From Pseudovirgaria hyperparasitica (taxonomy: Eukaryota): 64,000 bases of DNA. The position numbers were made by a program, and so were the translations under genes. Shown one piece after another: positions 49,040 to 60,854 of the stretch (position 1 is its first letter; each line of letters begins with the position of its first letter). The stretch lies in NCBI GenBank assembly GCA_010093815.1, contig ML996567.1; one strand, given 5' to 3'. Under the pieces are notes generated by a model that searched no databases, was not told the origin of the DNA, and saw nothing but the letters and a program-made list of their open reading frames with translations.

Positions 49040-49450
49040 ACTCATAGGTACTTATAGTAATATACTTTAGTTGCATTTATCTTACTCCGGGATAGAGGTT
49101 GAAAACCAAATATTTTGAGACTCACTTCATTAACCCTTGTATAGAAAGGATTAGACATTCACTCGTGACTATAGCACACGCGAAAGAGCATTTTAAATAG
49201 TGGACAGAACTCTAACAATACATCTGTAATATCTTTATATATTATAAATAACATTGTCACTCAAGACTGTACTAGACTATATTACAAGCATTTACTATTT
49301 TAATTCCTTTCTACTGTCGTAGCTACTAGTATCTATGACACAAGATCATAGGTCTCTTTTTACAACCCAAGTCTATTATATTTGATGTCTCTATTATATA
49401 GTAATAACAGAATCTTAGCTGGTTTCAATAATTACTCGATTACTGTATCA
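49040..49450. other. AT-rich, TpA-rich island (possible RIP-mutated repeat relic)
   Basis: Abrupt drop in GC with many TA dinucleotides (e.g. TTTATATATTATAAATAA); no terminal repeats or transposase recognised. Confidence 0.4.
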
Positions 49451-49872
49451 GCCTTGCGTTATTTTCAAGTTTCCTGGGAAACCCAATTCATCTCACCACT
49501 CGCAACGACAGCCAAGCCAACACTTTATTGTAGTTTTGAGTCTGAGCGTCGTAAGCACTTGAGCTCATCAAATCAAAGAATAGCTTGGCCTGCCAAGCTG
49601 CTCGTCGGGTCTTCAGTACATGCTCGCGGCGCAGGATTTGGCGAGCATTCCCAGGACCAAGGATCAGTCTGCAGCCAACAATTGTTTCGACGTCTTTGGA
49701 TACTCAACCTTGAGTCTTGGTACGGCGTCCTTTCACCGCAAGAGCTTTGATGACGATTTGACCTGGCTAGGTTGGCCATGTACTGCCAGGTACTTAAGAG
49801 TCGGGTCTGGTATGTAGCTCAATTGTGCTGTTGTTTCCACTGTCCCGTATCAACCTCTTCATGCTCACCACC

Positions 49873-51091
49873 ATGCAGTTCTATCGTCTTTCAGTTGCAG
49901 CTTTCGTTTGTGCTGTCGCAGCTCAGAATGCGCCACAAGATCTAGCTTCCGTCATATCGGGCAATGAAGGTCTTTCTACTCTCGGCACCATCATCAGTGG
50001 GATTCCAGGTCTCTCCGATGCCCTCAATCAGCTTTCCAATGTCACCATCTTGGCGCCAAACAATGATGCCTTTTCAGATCTTGGGGACTCTGCCCCTTCT
50101 GATCCTGCTGTGATTCAGGCCTTACTGAGCTATCACGTTATCAATGGCACTGTCGCATCTGAAAACATCACCGACACACCTGCATTTGTCCATACTACTC
50201 TGACAGACTCGGAATATACCAATGTCACCGGTGGTCAAGTCGTCGAGGTCCGCACAGTAGATGGCACTGCCACCATTTTCTCCGGGGACGGGTCAAACTC
50301 TACCGTTGTCCAAGCGGTAAGTTGACTGGCATATCTGCCACTACACATGTCGTCCGACATGGTCCTTTCCACCAGCTCCTACTAACCCTGCTAAGGATAT
50401 CCCCTTCTCTGGCGGCATCATCCACCTCATTTCCTCCGTCCTCACCATCCCCGTCGACCCTGTCTCTTCCCCTTCCGTCTCCTCCGAAATCACTTCTCTT
50501 GCGGATGTCCTCACATCGACCTCTCTAGGCACCACCATTCAAACCCTCTCCGATGTGACCATCTTCGCGCCTAATAACGCTGCATTTGAAGCCATAAGCT
50601 CCACTACGCAAGGCCTCGACAACGAGACACTTTCCTCCATTCTGCTCTACCATCTCGTGGTAGGCACGGTTGGATATAGCAGTTTGCTTACGGACGACAT
50701 GACCCTCACAACACAGGAGGGCGGAACGTTGACGATAAATCTGTTGGAAGATGGAAGTGTTTTCGTGAACGGAGCCGAGGTCGTGCGAGCAAATGTGTTG
50801 GTGCCGAACGGGGTGCTGCATATCATTGATAAGTATGTTGCATGCTCTTCCTTGCTATATATGAAATCTCTTGAAAGCGTCATGTGTTTGAGACGTTTGC
50901 TAACGTATGCTAGTGTCCTGAATCCTTCTGCGGCTGATGCCACTCCTGAGCCCTCTGCTACATCTGGATCTGCGGCCTTTAGTGGCGCATCCAGTACGCC
51001 GACTCCTACTGGAGCTGCGGTGTCATTGCATACGGGTGCGGCTGGCATGGCGGCGCTGTTTGGAGGAGCAGCCGTCATGCTGATGATTTAG
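49873..51091 (+). CDS. Secreted, probably GPI-anchored fasciclin (two FAS1 domains); exons 49873-50316, 50396-50832, 50914-51091
   Basis: Signal peptide MQFYRLSVAAFVCAVAA; FAS1 motifs VTILAPNNDAF...LLSYHVING, GGIIHLI, TIFAPNNAAF...LLYHLV and NGVLHIID; S/T stalk and hydrophobic C-tail. Confidence 0.92.
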
Positions 51092-51332
51092 AGTACATGA
51101 AATCAAACCCAGGCAGAACCAAAGACAGTATGATATGATGAGGGCCACAATCCTTGTGATGGCATATAAATGCAAATAATATATTAGTATGCGCGTGGGC
51201 AATTGAGCTGTACCCCAACATCGCAACAATACAACTTCTGGTCAAGAAATCCACAAAACCCCATCATGAAAGTCGTGATATGTCCAATAGTAGACGCAAT
51301 ACCAAAACGCCACGCTATGTGCTGCAGCATAT

Positions 51333-53603
51333 TCAAAACCTACCCTCTTCTTCATCAGGCCCAAGACCTAGAAATCGCCACACGAGTGTTGGGATGACGA
51401 ATGGGAACTCAGGCGCGTACAAGTCGATACCGTACCCTTGCATGCGCACCGCATATCTCGGCCTGCAGAATGTGTTACAAGCACTCCATTCCAGAACCAA
51501 CCAGCCTAAAAATGAGAAAGTTGCCAGTCCGAACCACGTCATATGCTTTTTGCTCGTGGCCGGGTCGATGTAAAAGAATAGACGAATGAAAGCTGCCCAT
51601 AATAGGAGAAATGGATTGATGATGAGGATTTCTCTCGTCGTCGAAGGGCACGTGTGTAGCGTACCATCCGCGGCCATGATAGAATTAACAGACGACGTAG
51701 AGGATGTAGAGGAATTGGGATTAAAGGGCACAGTTTCTTGAGATTTGGAGTTGACTTGGTGCTCAAACTTACGCAAACCTTGGCTTGATTGCCGGAGGTT
51801 GGCGCGTGTGGCGCGTAGTCGTGTGTTCATCGCGACGAGCTGGTCAACCTCATGGAAGCGCTTACGCTCATTATCGTTCTTTGGCGGATTGTTGGCAACT
51901 TGAATACCCGCGAGAGTGTCGTCCTCGAGGTCGTCCTGGCCACTACCAGAGCGCTTCATAGTGAAAAAGTCCTCGAGTGAGTCAATCGTCGAATCGCCTA
52001 ATGGTTCGAGAGTCTCCTCGGTAGATTTGGCGCGAGACAGAAGGGCTTCGAGGGCGGACTTGGGGAGCTCAGGGCGAGTCACGACCCGGGCCAGCTTCGT
52101 GGGTGACTTGTCCGGCGCAGGATCACGCGGCTTTATCCTTGTTTCACTATCTGTGGTGGATCTCTTTCGTAGGTTGGCTGGGTTAGAGGTAGCCTCTCGG
52201 GCAGAAGATGCTGCCAGACTCGGCACACTGAGACTTTTGTTGTGAGTCTGATTTGAAGGCTGGCTCTGCCGTCGCGGACTTTCAACAAATCGAGCGACTG
52301 CTTTGCGCTTTGGACTTTCTTGCTTTATATCGAAAGAAGCTCTGATTTCCATGTCTGGATCCTCCTCCACCTTGCCATTTGCTCTCGTCTGTTCCTCCGC
52401 TGAGTCTATAGCCCCTTCTAGAATCGTATCTGTCCTCTCTGTAACAGGTGCGGACGGCTTTGATTTAGTATCATGGTGTGCTTTCGCTTGCGCTTGCTCC
52501 TCTGGGGGCGATTTCCTGGGCGTCAGTATTCGAGAAAGCGCGCGGAGGGTGTCTCTTGTGGAGTCTGAGCTATCTACCTCAGGGCCGAGTACAGTGTTGA
52601 TGATAGTTGAGCAATGCTCTTCGTCCAGGTCCTTCTTCGCCTGCTCTAGTTTGACTCGTTCCGACCTTATAGATTGAAGTAGCCTGGAAGAAGGCGCAGG
52701 CGTCGAAGTGATGACCGAATTCAGGCTAAGGTCACTTTCGAGCTCCAAAGCAGCTATCTCATGAAGCGCTGAATTTGATTTGGCTAGTCGAGGGATTCTT
52801 GATGCGCTGGGGGTTGGCGTAGCAGGTTTTGGCGAGGGTTGGGGTATTCGAGACACTGGGGTTCCGGATCTTGGGAATGGCGAAGAGCTGCGAGGGCTCG
52901 GAGAAGAGACCCTGGCAACAGGCGAGTAGCTTCTTGGTGTAGGAGACACCGACAGCCGTTTTGCAAAGGAAGTCTCAAGATTGGGGCTTAGACTTGAACG
53001 TCGTGAATCTCTCGCTGGTCCAAGGCTCGACCTCTTGCTCCTTGATGCTGTGTCGTGACCCCAACGTTCCTGTCCTAACTCGCCTGTCGCATCCTGAGGA
53101 GCTGCAATGGTCTTTATCCAGTCACGATTGACGCGTCCTTTCCGTCCCCAGGTCGTGGGTAACCGCAAAGGAGGATCTGACATATCACTGCCATTGATGC
53201 TAGCCGGGCTGCCCGCTTCCCTGTTTGCACCATAGCCTAGCTCGTATTTGCTATCGGAGTTTGAACGTTCGAGATTCTGGAAGGTCAAGGACAGGGATTG
53301 CTGCTTGCGCGCTTTGCGGAAAGGTTGTATCGGTACATTGCTGTTTATCGCACTACGTAGTCGCTTCTCGTCGCGTGCTTGCTGTATCATGAATTGACCG
53401 AATTCGTCTGTGTCGTTCTCAAGAGAGGTAAGGCCTGATATGGTCGAGCCCTGAGTGAGTTCCTCTGAAGGAGCGCTCGTTCTGGTTCGTTGATGGGAGT
53501 TAAGCCGGTGGGACTGCGTTGGGTGCAGGGGGTCGCGCGGATGGTAGGAAAACATTGCAGCGAAGACGTCATCCGCTGTCGGAGCAGAGTCCAAGGGCAT
53601 CAA
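51333..53603 (-). CDS. Uncharacterised 756-aa protein: disordered S/P-rich body, coiled coil, C-terminal hydrophobic segments
   Basis: Long single-exon ORF; coiled-coil-like QLVAMNTRLRATRANLRQSSQGLRKFEHQV; TM-like WFGLATFSFLGWLVLEW. Confidence 0.8.
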   Translation of the reverse strand: MMPLDSAPTADDVFAAMFSYHPRDPLHPTQSHRLNSHQRTRTSAPSEELTQGSTISGLTSLENDTDEFGQFMIQQARDEKRLRSAINSNVPIQPFRKARKQQSLSLTFQNLERSNSDSKYELGYGANREAGSPASINGSDMSDPPLRLPTTWGRKGRVNRDWIKTIAAPQDATGELGQERWGHDTASRSKRSSLGPARDSRRSSLSPNLETSFAKRLSVSPTPRSYSPVARVSSPSPRSSSPFPRSGTPVSRIPQPSPKPATPTPSASRIPRLAKSNSALHEIAALELESDLSLNSVITSTPAPSSRLLQSIRSERVKLEQAKKDLDEEHCSTIINTVLGPEVDSSDSTRDTLRALSRILTPRKSPPEEQAQAKAHHDTKSKPSAPVTERTDTILEGAIDSAEEQTRANGKVEEDPDMEIRASFDIKQESPKRKAVARFVESPRRQSQPSNQTHNKSLSVPSLAASSAREATSNPANLRKRSTTDSETRIKPRDPAPDKSPTKLARVVTRPELPKSALEALLSRAKSTEETLEPLGDSTIDSLEDFFTMKRSGSGQDDLEDDTLAGIQVANNPPKNDNERKRFHEVDQLVAMNTRLRATRANLRQSSQGLRKFEHQVNSKSQETVPFNPNSSTSSTSSVNSIMAADGTLHTCPSTTREILIINPFLLLWAAFIRLFFYIDPATSKKHMTWFGLATFSFLGWLVLEWSACNTFCRPRYAVRMQGYGIDLYAPEFPFVIPTLVWRFLGLGPDEEEGRF

Positions 53604-53925
53604 TATCTAGACATGTTTATAGGCGTTGTAAGGAAAGCAAGGTGGCGAGGATAAAAGAATCGCATGAATGTGTTATGGGCGGTTATTTGTGAGTTGAGAC
53701 GCGTTCACTAGCTTTGGAGCTCCAACCTTGCGGGCACCAAAACACCGCCAAATTAGCGATGGCCCGAGCGCCTTGCCCCAGCTTTGGCGCTGGTTTAATA
53801 TGCAGGGTCCCTGAATCACTACTGCACTTCACAGGCGACATCATCCAACTAATTAACATATAGGAAGACATCGACTGTGAAACATGTCAGATATTCCTGA
53901 CTCAAAGGTAAACACTGTATAATGT

Positions 53926-54456
53926 ATGCTGAACAATGAATATCATCTTACAGGCTCTTCGTCTGTCCCTCAATGTCCAATAATTCCCAGTGACAAGTTA
54001 CAGAAGAATGAACTCCTCATGTCCAGGCTTGATATCGCCATAGAGCACAATCTTTCTGAATGGCGGGAGATGGAACGTGCTATAACTCGAATCGGAGGCT
54101 CAACGACCATACCAGGAACGCGACGGATGCTACGCCAGCGACCATATATCAGTCTTTCGCCTAACATGAGCAATTAAATGGTTCAGCAGTGCTTCATTGT
54201 TCCTCATTACCCGTTAGCCAGCCGCACTCCCACAGAATCAGTCTTGGAGCAATCATCTTGTACCAAGGTCCAAAGAGGTGATGAGACGTACAGCGCAAGA
54301 AGTGACCAACCTAACCAGTGTATGTCCATGTACGTGATCCTGATTTATACAATTGCGGTCGAGTCTGGGTCAAGATTGGATGTTGAGATTGCACAGCGTG
54401 CTATTGGGAATCTGGAGACATCTCTCAGGTTGCTAGTGTATCGTAGGATTGAATAA
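53926..54456 (+). pseudogene. Candidate decayed gene: two abutting same-frame ORFs separated by a single TAA
   Basis: ORFs 53926-54177 and 54178-54456 are contiguous (…AAT TAA ATG GTT…); no homology recognised. Confidence 0.3.
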
Positions 54457-54920
54457 TTTACTGCGATTGACAAGCTAAGATGATAAACTCGTTAGTTTCG
54501 AGCTCTCATACCTCAGATTTGGGCTTTGTATGGACGTGAGAATTATCGGCTAACGGAAAGGTTCATCTGGGTCGGCGTGCTGCTGGGATATTTGGCCATT
54601 TAGAAAGACGTACTTAGACATCTTAAGGTATTGAGTGTCTAGCCGCTCATGTCTCGTAATCTGTATATTATTGAATCATTTTTCGGGTCCACATGTCATA
54701 TGTACACAGAACTCTCATCAAGAAAACTGGGCATTGAAGCAATTTTTTTAAGATGGCTCTAGCACAACGTCAGACTCGAGGTTGCTCATATGGTCTTTAG
54801 ATTCGCTCGCGATTATTGGGAGACGAAATTCTTACTAGTAAATCCCAGTTGGGCGATATGCAACACGGCCCCTTCACCGACGCGGTCGACTCGCCCGTGA
54901 CACCACGGCCCGCAATCCTA

Positions 54921-55337
54921 TCATACATCTTTCGTCGCCGTCCTCTGATCATTCCCATGCTTGGCCCAGCATTTGCGAAATGCATCCATCTGAGTTGGTC
55001 AGTAACCATGCCAGTGGATCTCCAGATGTGAGAGATGTTGAGGGCCTTGAGGCATGTGGGAGACGCACCTCTGCCTTGCATGCGCGCCAATCCTTCTTTT
55101 CGTAATAACAGTCCGTCATACGAGCATTTTCGACTGCATTCATTAGTCTGATTCACGACGCGCGCAAAGGATACGGATATGTACCGGCGCATCCTGTGTT
55201 GTCTATTCTTTTGTCCCTGTGACGTTGTTAGGGTATTTTCTCCGTTGAGCAGTCATGGAATGGCACTACCACTCATCCGCATCGTCATCATCTTTCATCG
55301 CCCGGGCCCGATCCTCTGCTGCACTGTCACCTCCCAT
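54921..55337 (-). CDS. COA4: Cytochrome c oxidase assembly factor Coa4/Cmc3 (twin CX9C); exons 55337-55270, 55216-55185, 55133-55069, 54989-54921
   Basis: Spliced product MGGDSAAEDRARAMKDDDDADEWDKRIDNTGCAVENARMTDCYYEKKDWRACKAEMDAFRKCWAKHGNDQRTATKDV, with two CX9C motifs; largely missed by the ORF track. Confidence 0.88.
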
Positions 55338-56588
55338 TTTTGATGGTTTGAGAAGGATTCTGAGATTGCAGATGATGCGGTAATATGTATCCACTCGCAA
55401 TGCCAAAAATACTAGCGCGATCTCACCCTGACGTTTCAGGCGTGGCTAAGTCCATTTGCGGTTAGACTTCCCGCAGCTGTTCCAGAACGTCTAACGTCGC
55501 CTCATGATTGTCTCAGCCCTTGCGACAGATCTCCCTCGCGAGACATGCTCTGTTCTACATTTGTTTCCACATCGCGACTTGACTTTGCTCTCTAGCATAC
55601 GCCAGTGGGTTGGTGTCCCCTCATGGAGAAATTTTTGATGCTTGAGCTGTATACCAGGATACGGCGCGAATCACTCTGCTGTCCTTGATCATGATGGCGA
55701 TCAATCACATCCCCTGCCCTCTGTACAACTAAGAATTCCTGTGTTTTCGTTCGAGATCCAATGGTATCCGGCTATCAACGCCACCCTCAATGACTCTGTG
55801 TGCACTATAGTATAGCTTTGACTTCAGCCCCCAAAAAGACATACACACGTGCGATTCCTTCGCCCCCAGTTGCTTTGGCAGAATGCTACATCAGGAAGTC
55901 TAACATACTCTTGAAACTAGGACTGACTGCTTGGGGGAGGCAATCTGTATAGACTAGTCCGAACAACTCCGAGCATGATAATCTAGCCGCCATCTCTTCC
56001 CTGGACACGTGCGACCAAGACATCTCTTTGCAAGCATTGTTCCAAGATTGCTGCGGAATGTATCTCTAACAACATAGCGCTCTGATATGTTTACAAGAGG
56101 TGTTCCAGCACTGCTACGGATCGTGTCTCTGTTATGAGCGTTGACTTTGGCGCCTTGATCACATATCGCACCTACTTTTCGCTAGCTTCCGTTGACGGCT
56201 ACTACAACGCCCTCTTGGCTTGACGTTCTGGGGTAAAGGAATATGCATTAGGTCTCGAATATTGTATCGAAATGAGACTCTGACGCTGCGTCTATAGTCA
56301 TCTCCACACTACCTGTCAAGTCTCACGACACAGCTAGTGTCAGGTAAGATCGGTCTTCGCTCCCTCGACCATTCTACCTCATGGCCAAATCTACTATAAA
56401 GGGCGAGTTGCTGCTCACAGTTCAATCTTCATCCAGCAGCATCTTCAGCATCCTCAGCATTTCAGGTTATCCCTTCCAGCTTTACATTCTTCATCTCGTT
56501 GATCGAGTCCATTCTTTCCAACTAATCAAAATCAATACACCTTCTCTTTGAATACCTGCTAGTCAGTCTTTTTACGACAACATTCAAA

Positions 56589-57244
56589 ATGCAATTCACT
56601 ACCGCCATCGTTTCCCTTGCTCTCGCCCTTACTGTCGCCGGTCAGGGCACTCAGTTCATCACTGGACCATGCACCAGCGACGCTGACTGCGCTGCCGGAT
56701 GCTGTGGCTTCAACACTGGCAAGTGCGCCGGTCCAGTCATCGCCCTCGAGCGTGACGGTGGTTGCGGTAAGTCTTGACAACACTCCGTCTTAGAATTCCA
56801 ATCTGATTCACTTCAGGCTTCGGCTCCGGTACCCCCAACGACAACGCAGCCAAAGCTCTCGGCTTCAACGGTGGCATCACCAGCGCCTCCAACGGCGGTG
56901 CGGTCCAGAAACAGGACGATACCGCGGCTGGAAACCAAGGAGGTGCTCAACCTAAGGCGGCTGGCACTCAATTCATCACCGGAGCCTGCACCAAGGATGC
57001 AGACTGTGCTTCAGGCTGCTGTGGTCGCCGCACTGGCAAGTGTGCCGGTGCCATCATTGCTCTTCAGCGTGATGGTGGCTGTGGCTTCGGCGATGCCCAG
57101 GCTAATGACAATGCCGCTAGGGCTATGGGTTTTACTGGTGAGTTCTCATAAAATCTTCCATTTAGCACCTATTGATCGTTCATAGGCGGTATCACCTCCC
57201 GTTCCGTCAGCAACCAGGTCCGCGGCATGGCATGGGAGAACTAA
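56589..57244 (+). CDS. Small secreted Cys-rich protein with two BAS2-like repeats; exons 56589-56766, 56817-57137, 57186-57244; TATAAA at 56395
   Basis: Signal peptide plus two copies of GTQFITG.C..DADCA.GCC...TGKCAG..IAL.RDGGCGFG...NDNAA.A.GF.GGITS. Confidence 0.88.
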
Positions 57245-58296
57245 ACGTTCGCTCTTCTCTCAGTCTCATTGCATGAGAATAGCATATCATGTCGAGGTCT
57301 TGCACTAGTAAGGTGTATTGCATAGCATTGGTTGGGGCATTTTGGGTATCGATGCATTGTAATTGATAGGTAGCTGGAGCGCGACGCACTTTCCTTGATA
57401 TCCGAAATCGCTGTGGGATGCTGGAATGTTTACATTGTTAATATATTAGCAAAAAAGTCTGTGACTACATAACATCTCTTGCTGTGTGACATTGTGATTA
57501 TTTTGCAACCCTGACTGTCTAAACTAGGAGCTTCCTAGGCTTAGATCTCAGTTGTGTTAATGGTCGTGTCTTTTTCCATCAAATTGTCAGTGTGCCGATA
57601 TGACGTCCTGAGTACGATATTCTATTTCAAGCCGGAAGCAAAGAAACATTCTACCGGCAAATGTCATGACAGAACTTCGTCATTTTCTGCTCTTGCCCTC
57701 GAGTGATAAACGGGTTGTGAAGAGCTGACCAAGAGCATCTACTTCCGTTCGCAAGGGAGCAAAGACACGAACTCCAGATACGATCCACTTTGTCCTCAGA
57801 AGAAGGACCGACAAGACACACCTGAGGGTACCCATCGGTCGATCCGGTATTAAGTGAGGTGCCTCATCGTAGAACTTCGCACACTTAAACATGAAAACGT
57901 CGAAGGTCTATATCACGACGGTTGCGGTAATCGTTAACTACATGCCAAGATTAATATATGCGCGACACTTTTTGCTCTTGGCAGCCAATAATAGATATAA
58001 AGTGGGCTTCAAGGATCGACTCAACCCCAGTACAAAACCACAATCGGGTCCACACCGAGCAAGAGGCAGATTTTTGCCTGCGCATTCAGCCTCCATGCAG
58101 TCATGCTCGCACGCGTCGCACGTGAAACCCAGCCGCACCTTGTACGATCGCCCAGATCGCATTACACAAAACATCCGACACACTGCTGGCGCAGTACGTA
58201 CATCCTCCTCCGCCTGAAAATCCTTCTGTTCTTACCTAGAGTAAATGGGCGCCAGTTCCCATGTCCATCATATTTCTACCTCACAATTGACCAGAT

Positions 58297-59152
58297 ATGA
58301 CATCTCCTACCCCAACTCCAGCCCCGACGTCAGTCTCGGTAGACCCTAGATTGGTCGGCTGGACGCAAGACGGCTCTACGTTTATCTCACAGATCTGCAA
58401 CGTCGGCTCGGAAACATTTGCATTTGACGGCACGCGCGCGAGCTGCTGTGCGCCACCTAATGCCACAGGCACGCCAGGGTGTCCGGCACGAACGGGGTGC
58501 GCTGGGAGGACTGTTTTGCAAATTAATGCAGGGGGACATGTCTGGTGAGCCATGCTCGCCAGGTTTTCGAGAAGTAGAGTCAGGAATTGACAAGTCGGCT
58601 AGTGAAACGGGATCCACGTGTGTAGTGAACACGTTGATCGAGCACTTTCCGACGGACCCGTTCGAAGTACAGGCTACGACGAGTATGTATGGCTGTAGGA
58701 GGACGGGAAATGAAGGTGGGAAGTTGTGAGTTATTAGGCATGCAGTGAGGTGTGAACAAAATCCTGACGCGTGCAGATTGTATCGCGAGTCCCCAGTTTC
58801 AGCTTTCACAGCGACAGAGACCTTGTCGAGCTCGAGTATACCTGTCGAGGTGCCGTCTGGGTCCGCATCAGGAGAAGGGAGTTCAAATAATACACCACTA
58901 ATAGCTGGCGTTACAGTCGGGGTGGTGATCGCTATCGCGACAATTGGAGCTATTTCGTGGTTGCTGTGGCGGCGGAGACGGAAAGTAAATAAGATAGGCG
59001 GAGGTGAGGGTACAATGGATCGGAAGATGGATTATACAGTTCATGAAGCTGACAATATGGCTGAGCGACCGAGCGAACTGGACACCGGGAAAAATACGAT
59101 GCCTGAATCGGATGTTGTTCATGAGCTGCCGGACAGTGTTGCGGAAAGGTGA
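58297..59152 (+). CDS. Single-pass membrane protein with Cys-rich ectodomain and S/T stalk (Mid2/Wsc-like architecture); exons 58297-58544, 58603-58725, 58777-59152
   Basis: Introns keep frame; TM IAGVTVGVVIAIATIGAISWLLW followed by RRRRK; cytosolic xELx motifs (SELD, HELP); no clear signal peptide. Confidence 0.75.
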
Positions 59153-60132
59153 CGAGTGGTTACGGTTTGGAACACAGTAACGTGATATCTGCATACCATT
59201 TCAAAATTCCAGCGCCTCTGCGAAAGCAGCCACTGTTCATGATCCTTTCACCGCTTTCTGCTTACGCCGGCAAAGTATTGTTTTGACGCTTCCTATCATT
59301 GCAATTCAACGGCCAGCCCCTAAGTTCAGCGATCATCGGAGTCCCGTTACTCCCTAGTCATTCATGATGTTGTTTGTCATGCTTCTCAACTATTCCAGTG
59401 CATGTCGGTTCAGGCTGTAGGATTGTCAGTAACAGCTGAAAGCTCCACTCTATGACATATTGCGTACGCTTGACCTCCATGTTTGCGAACCGAATAACAC
59501 GCATGGGAGCTTGTTATGGCTGGACCTGAATAAGGCTAGCGATCGACTAGCGAAAGTGTCCGACGTACAGATTATGGGGTACCGCTTCCATTCCATTATG
59601 AGACAGGATTTGGCATCAGTGACACCAGCACCAAGACAACACTGAATGATGATTCGCAACTCACCAAGAGCACGGTTCCGCGTCGTACTGCAACAAAGCC
59701 TTCCGTAGCACGCGGTACAACCTGGGTAGAAGGGCTGAAGAAGACCTGAACTCTCTGGTACATCACAGCAACGGCCCAATGTGTCCGAGGCTTTCAAAGT
59801 CTGACTGTTCAGATAACAGCTGTACACCGCCGGTGTTCAGAGCTCATATAAATATGTTTCATTTCTTAAGTTGCCTACCATATACATCCGACGGTCATTT
59901 TCCCAAGCGTCAGTACCGTATCGTATGCGATAATCACGTAGCAGATAATTTCTGACAAGTCCTGTATTGCGCCATTCCCACTAATTCAGTATATACGAAA
60001 TGAATCGAAGTCTATTGTCACTAGGAGGTGCGGACGCGTCTGTTGGGCTGATGTCCTTAACAATGAATATTTTGGAAAGCCCGTCGGAGAGAGGTGCATC
60101 TATCACACTCGATACGGCTCGGAGTCGAAGGA

Positions 60133-60854
60133 TTATTTGGCATTGGAAAAGCGCTTCTTGCCGACGGTGAAGGGGACGTATCGGTATTTGATCATGTGTT
60201 GGATTTGGCGCCTCACTGAGACATGACATTAGGTCTAATAGCATCGGAGAGTTCTGCATCACTTACTAGTCAATGCGACCAGAATGAACCAGTACACAAC
60301 TAGCACCGGCCAGAAGACTGGAAGGTTGAACATTTCGAACCAACTGCAGAAGAAGCCGATAACAATGGCCCGGGTGGCCGCGTACCAGAACTTGAACTCT
60401 GGGAGCCTTCTCACGAAAGGTCTGAATTCATCCTCTTCTTTGGTTGGGAGTCCGCTGGAGCCCTCCTCCATCCCTTCATCCTGTTCTAACGAAGGGTCGA
60501 ATTTTGGCGAAATGAAGGCGAGAAAAAGGTTTAGGAGGTAGATACCGAGGGAGTAGGCGACTGCGCAGCTGTTAGTATCCAGCTTCAGAACTGTGACATC
60601 ATCCCAGTTAGACTGACCAATATACCATCCTTGCGCAAAAATGATTCTAAGACCGAATAGAACGAACACTGTGCCTGTACCCACCCATCGGTACGGAACG
60701 TACGGAGTTGATTTGTCGAGATACGCCTGATAAATCTGGATATCGTCTCGTTAGTGACTCGTTATGTTCTCGCAATTACTAGACTCACCTGTCCAAACCG
60801 GGTTGCTTGCGAGCTCACGGCGGCGAAAGGGGTATCCGGCTCTGGCGCATCCAT
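60133..60854 (-). CDS. RER1: ER retrieval receptor Rer1; exons 60854-60789, 60735-60618, 60560-60267, 60215-60133
   Basis: YLDKSTPYVPYRW, GWYIVAYSLGIYLLNLFLAF, EFRPFVRRLPEFKFW and MRRQIQHMIKYRYVPF. Confidence 0.96.

Noticed and set aside
50833..50913. Stop-free 3n introns in fasciclin (81 nt) and RER1 (57 nt, 60561-60617)
   Set aside because: Short introns are often open by chance, and retention would disrupt conserved domains
2307..53856. TAATTAA/TTAATTA upstream of several genes (2307, 24767, 25332, 29884, 37791, 43499, 53850)
   Set aside because: Count is about what chance predicts for a 7-mer in 64 kb
59647..59749. ATGATGA...CTGA box C/D-like pattern
   Set aside because: No terminal stem and no rRNA-complementary guide recognisable by eye; a snoscan run would be needed
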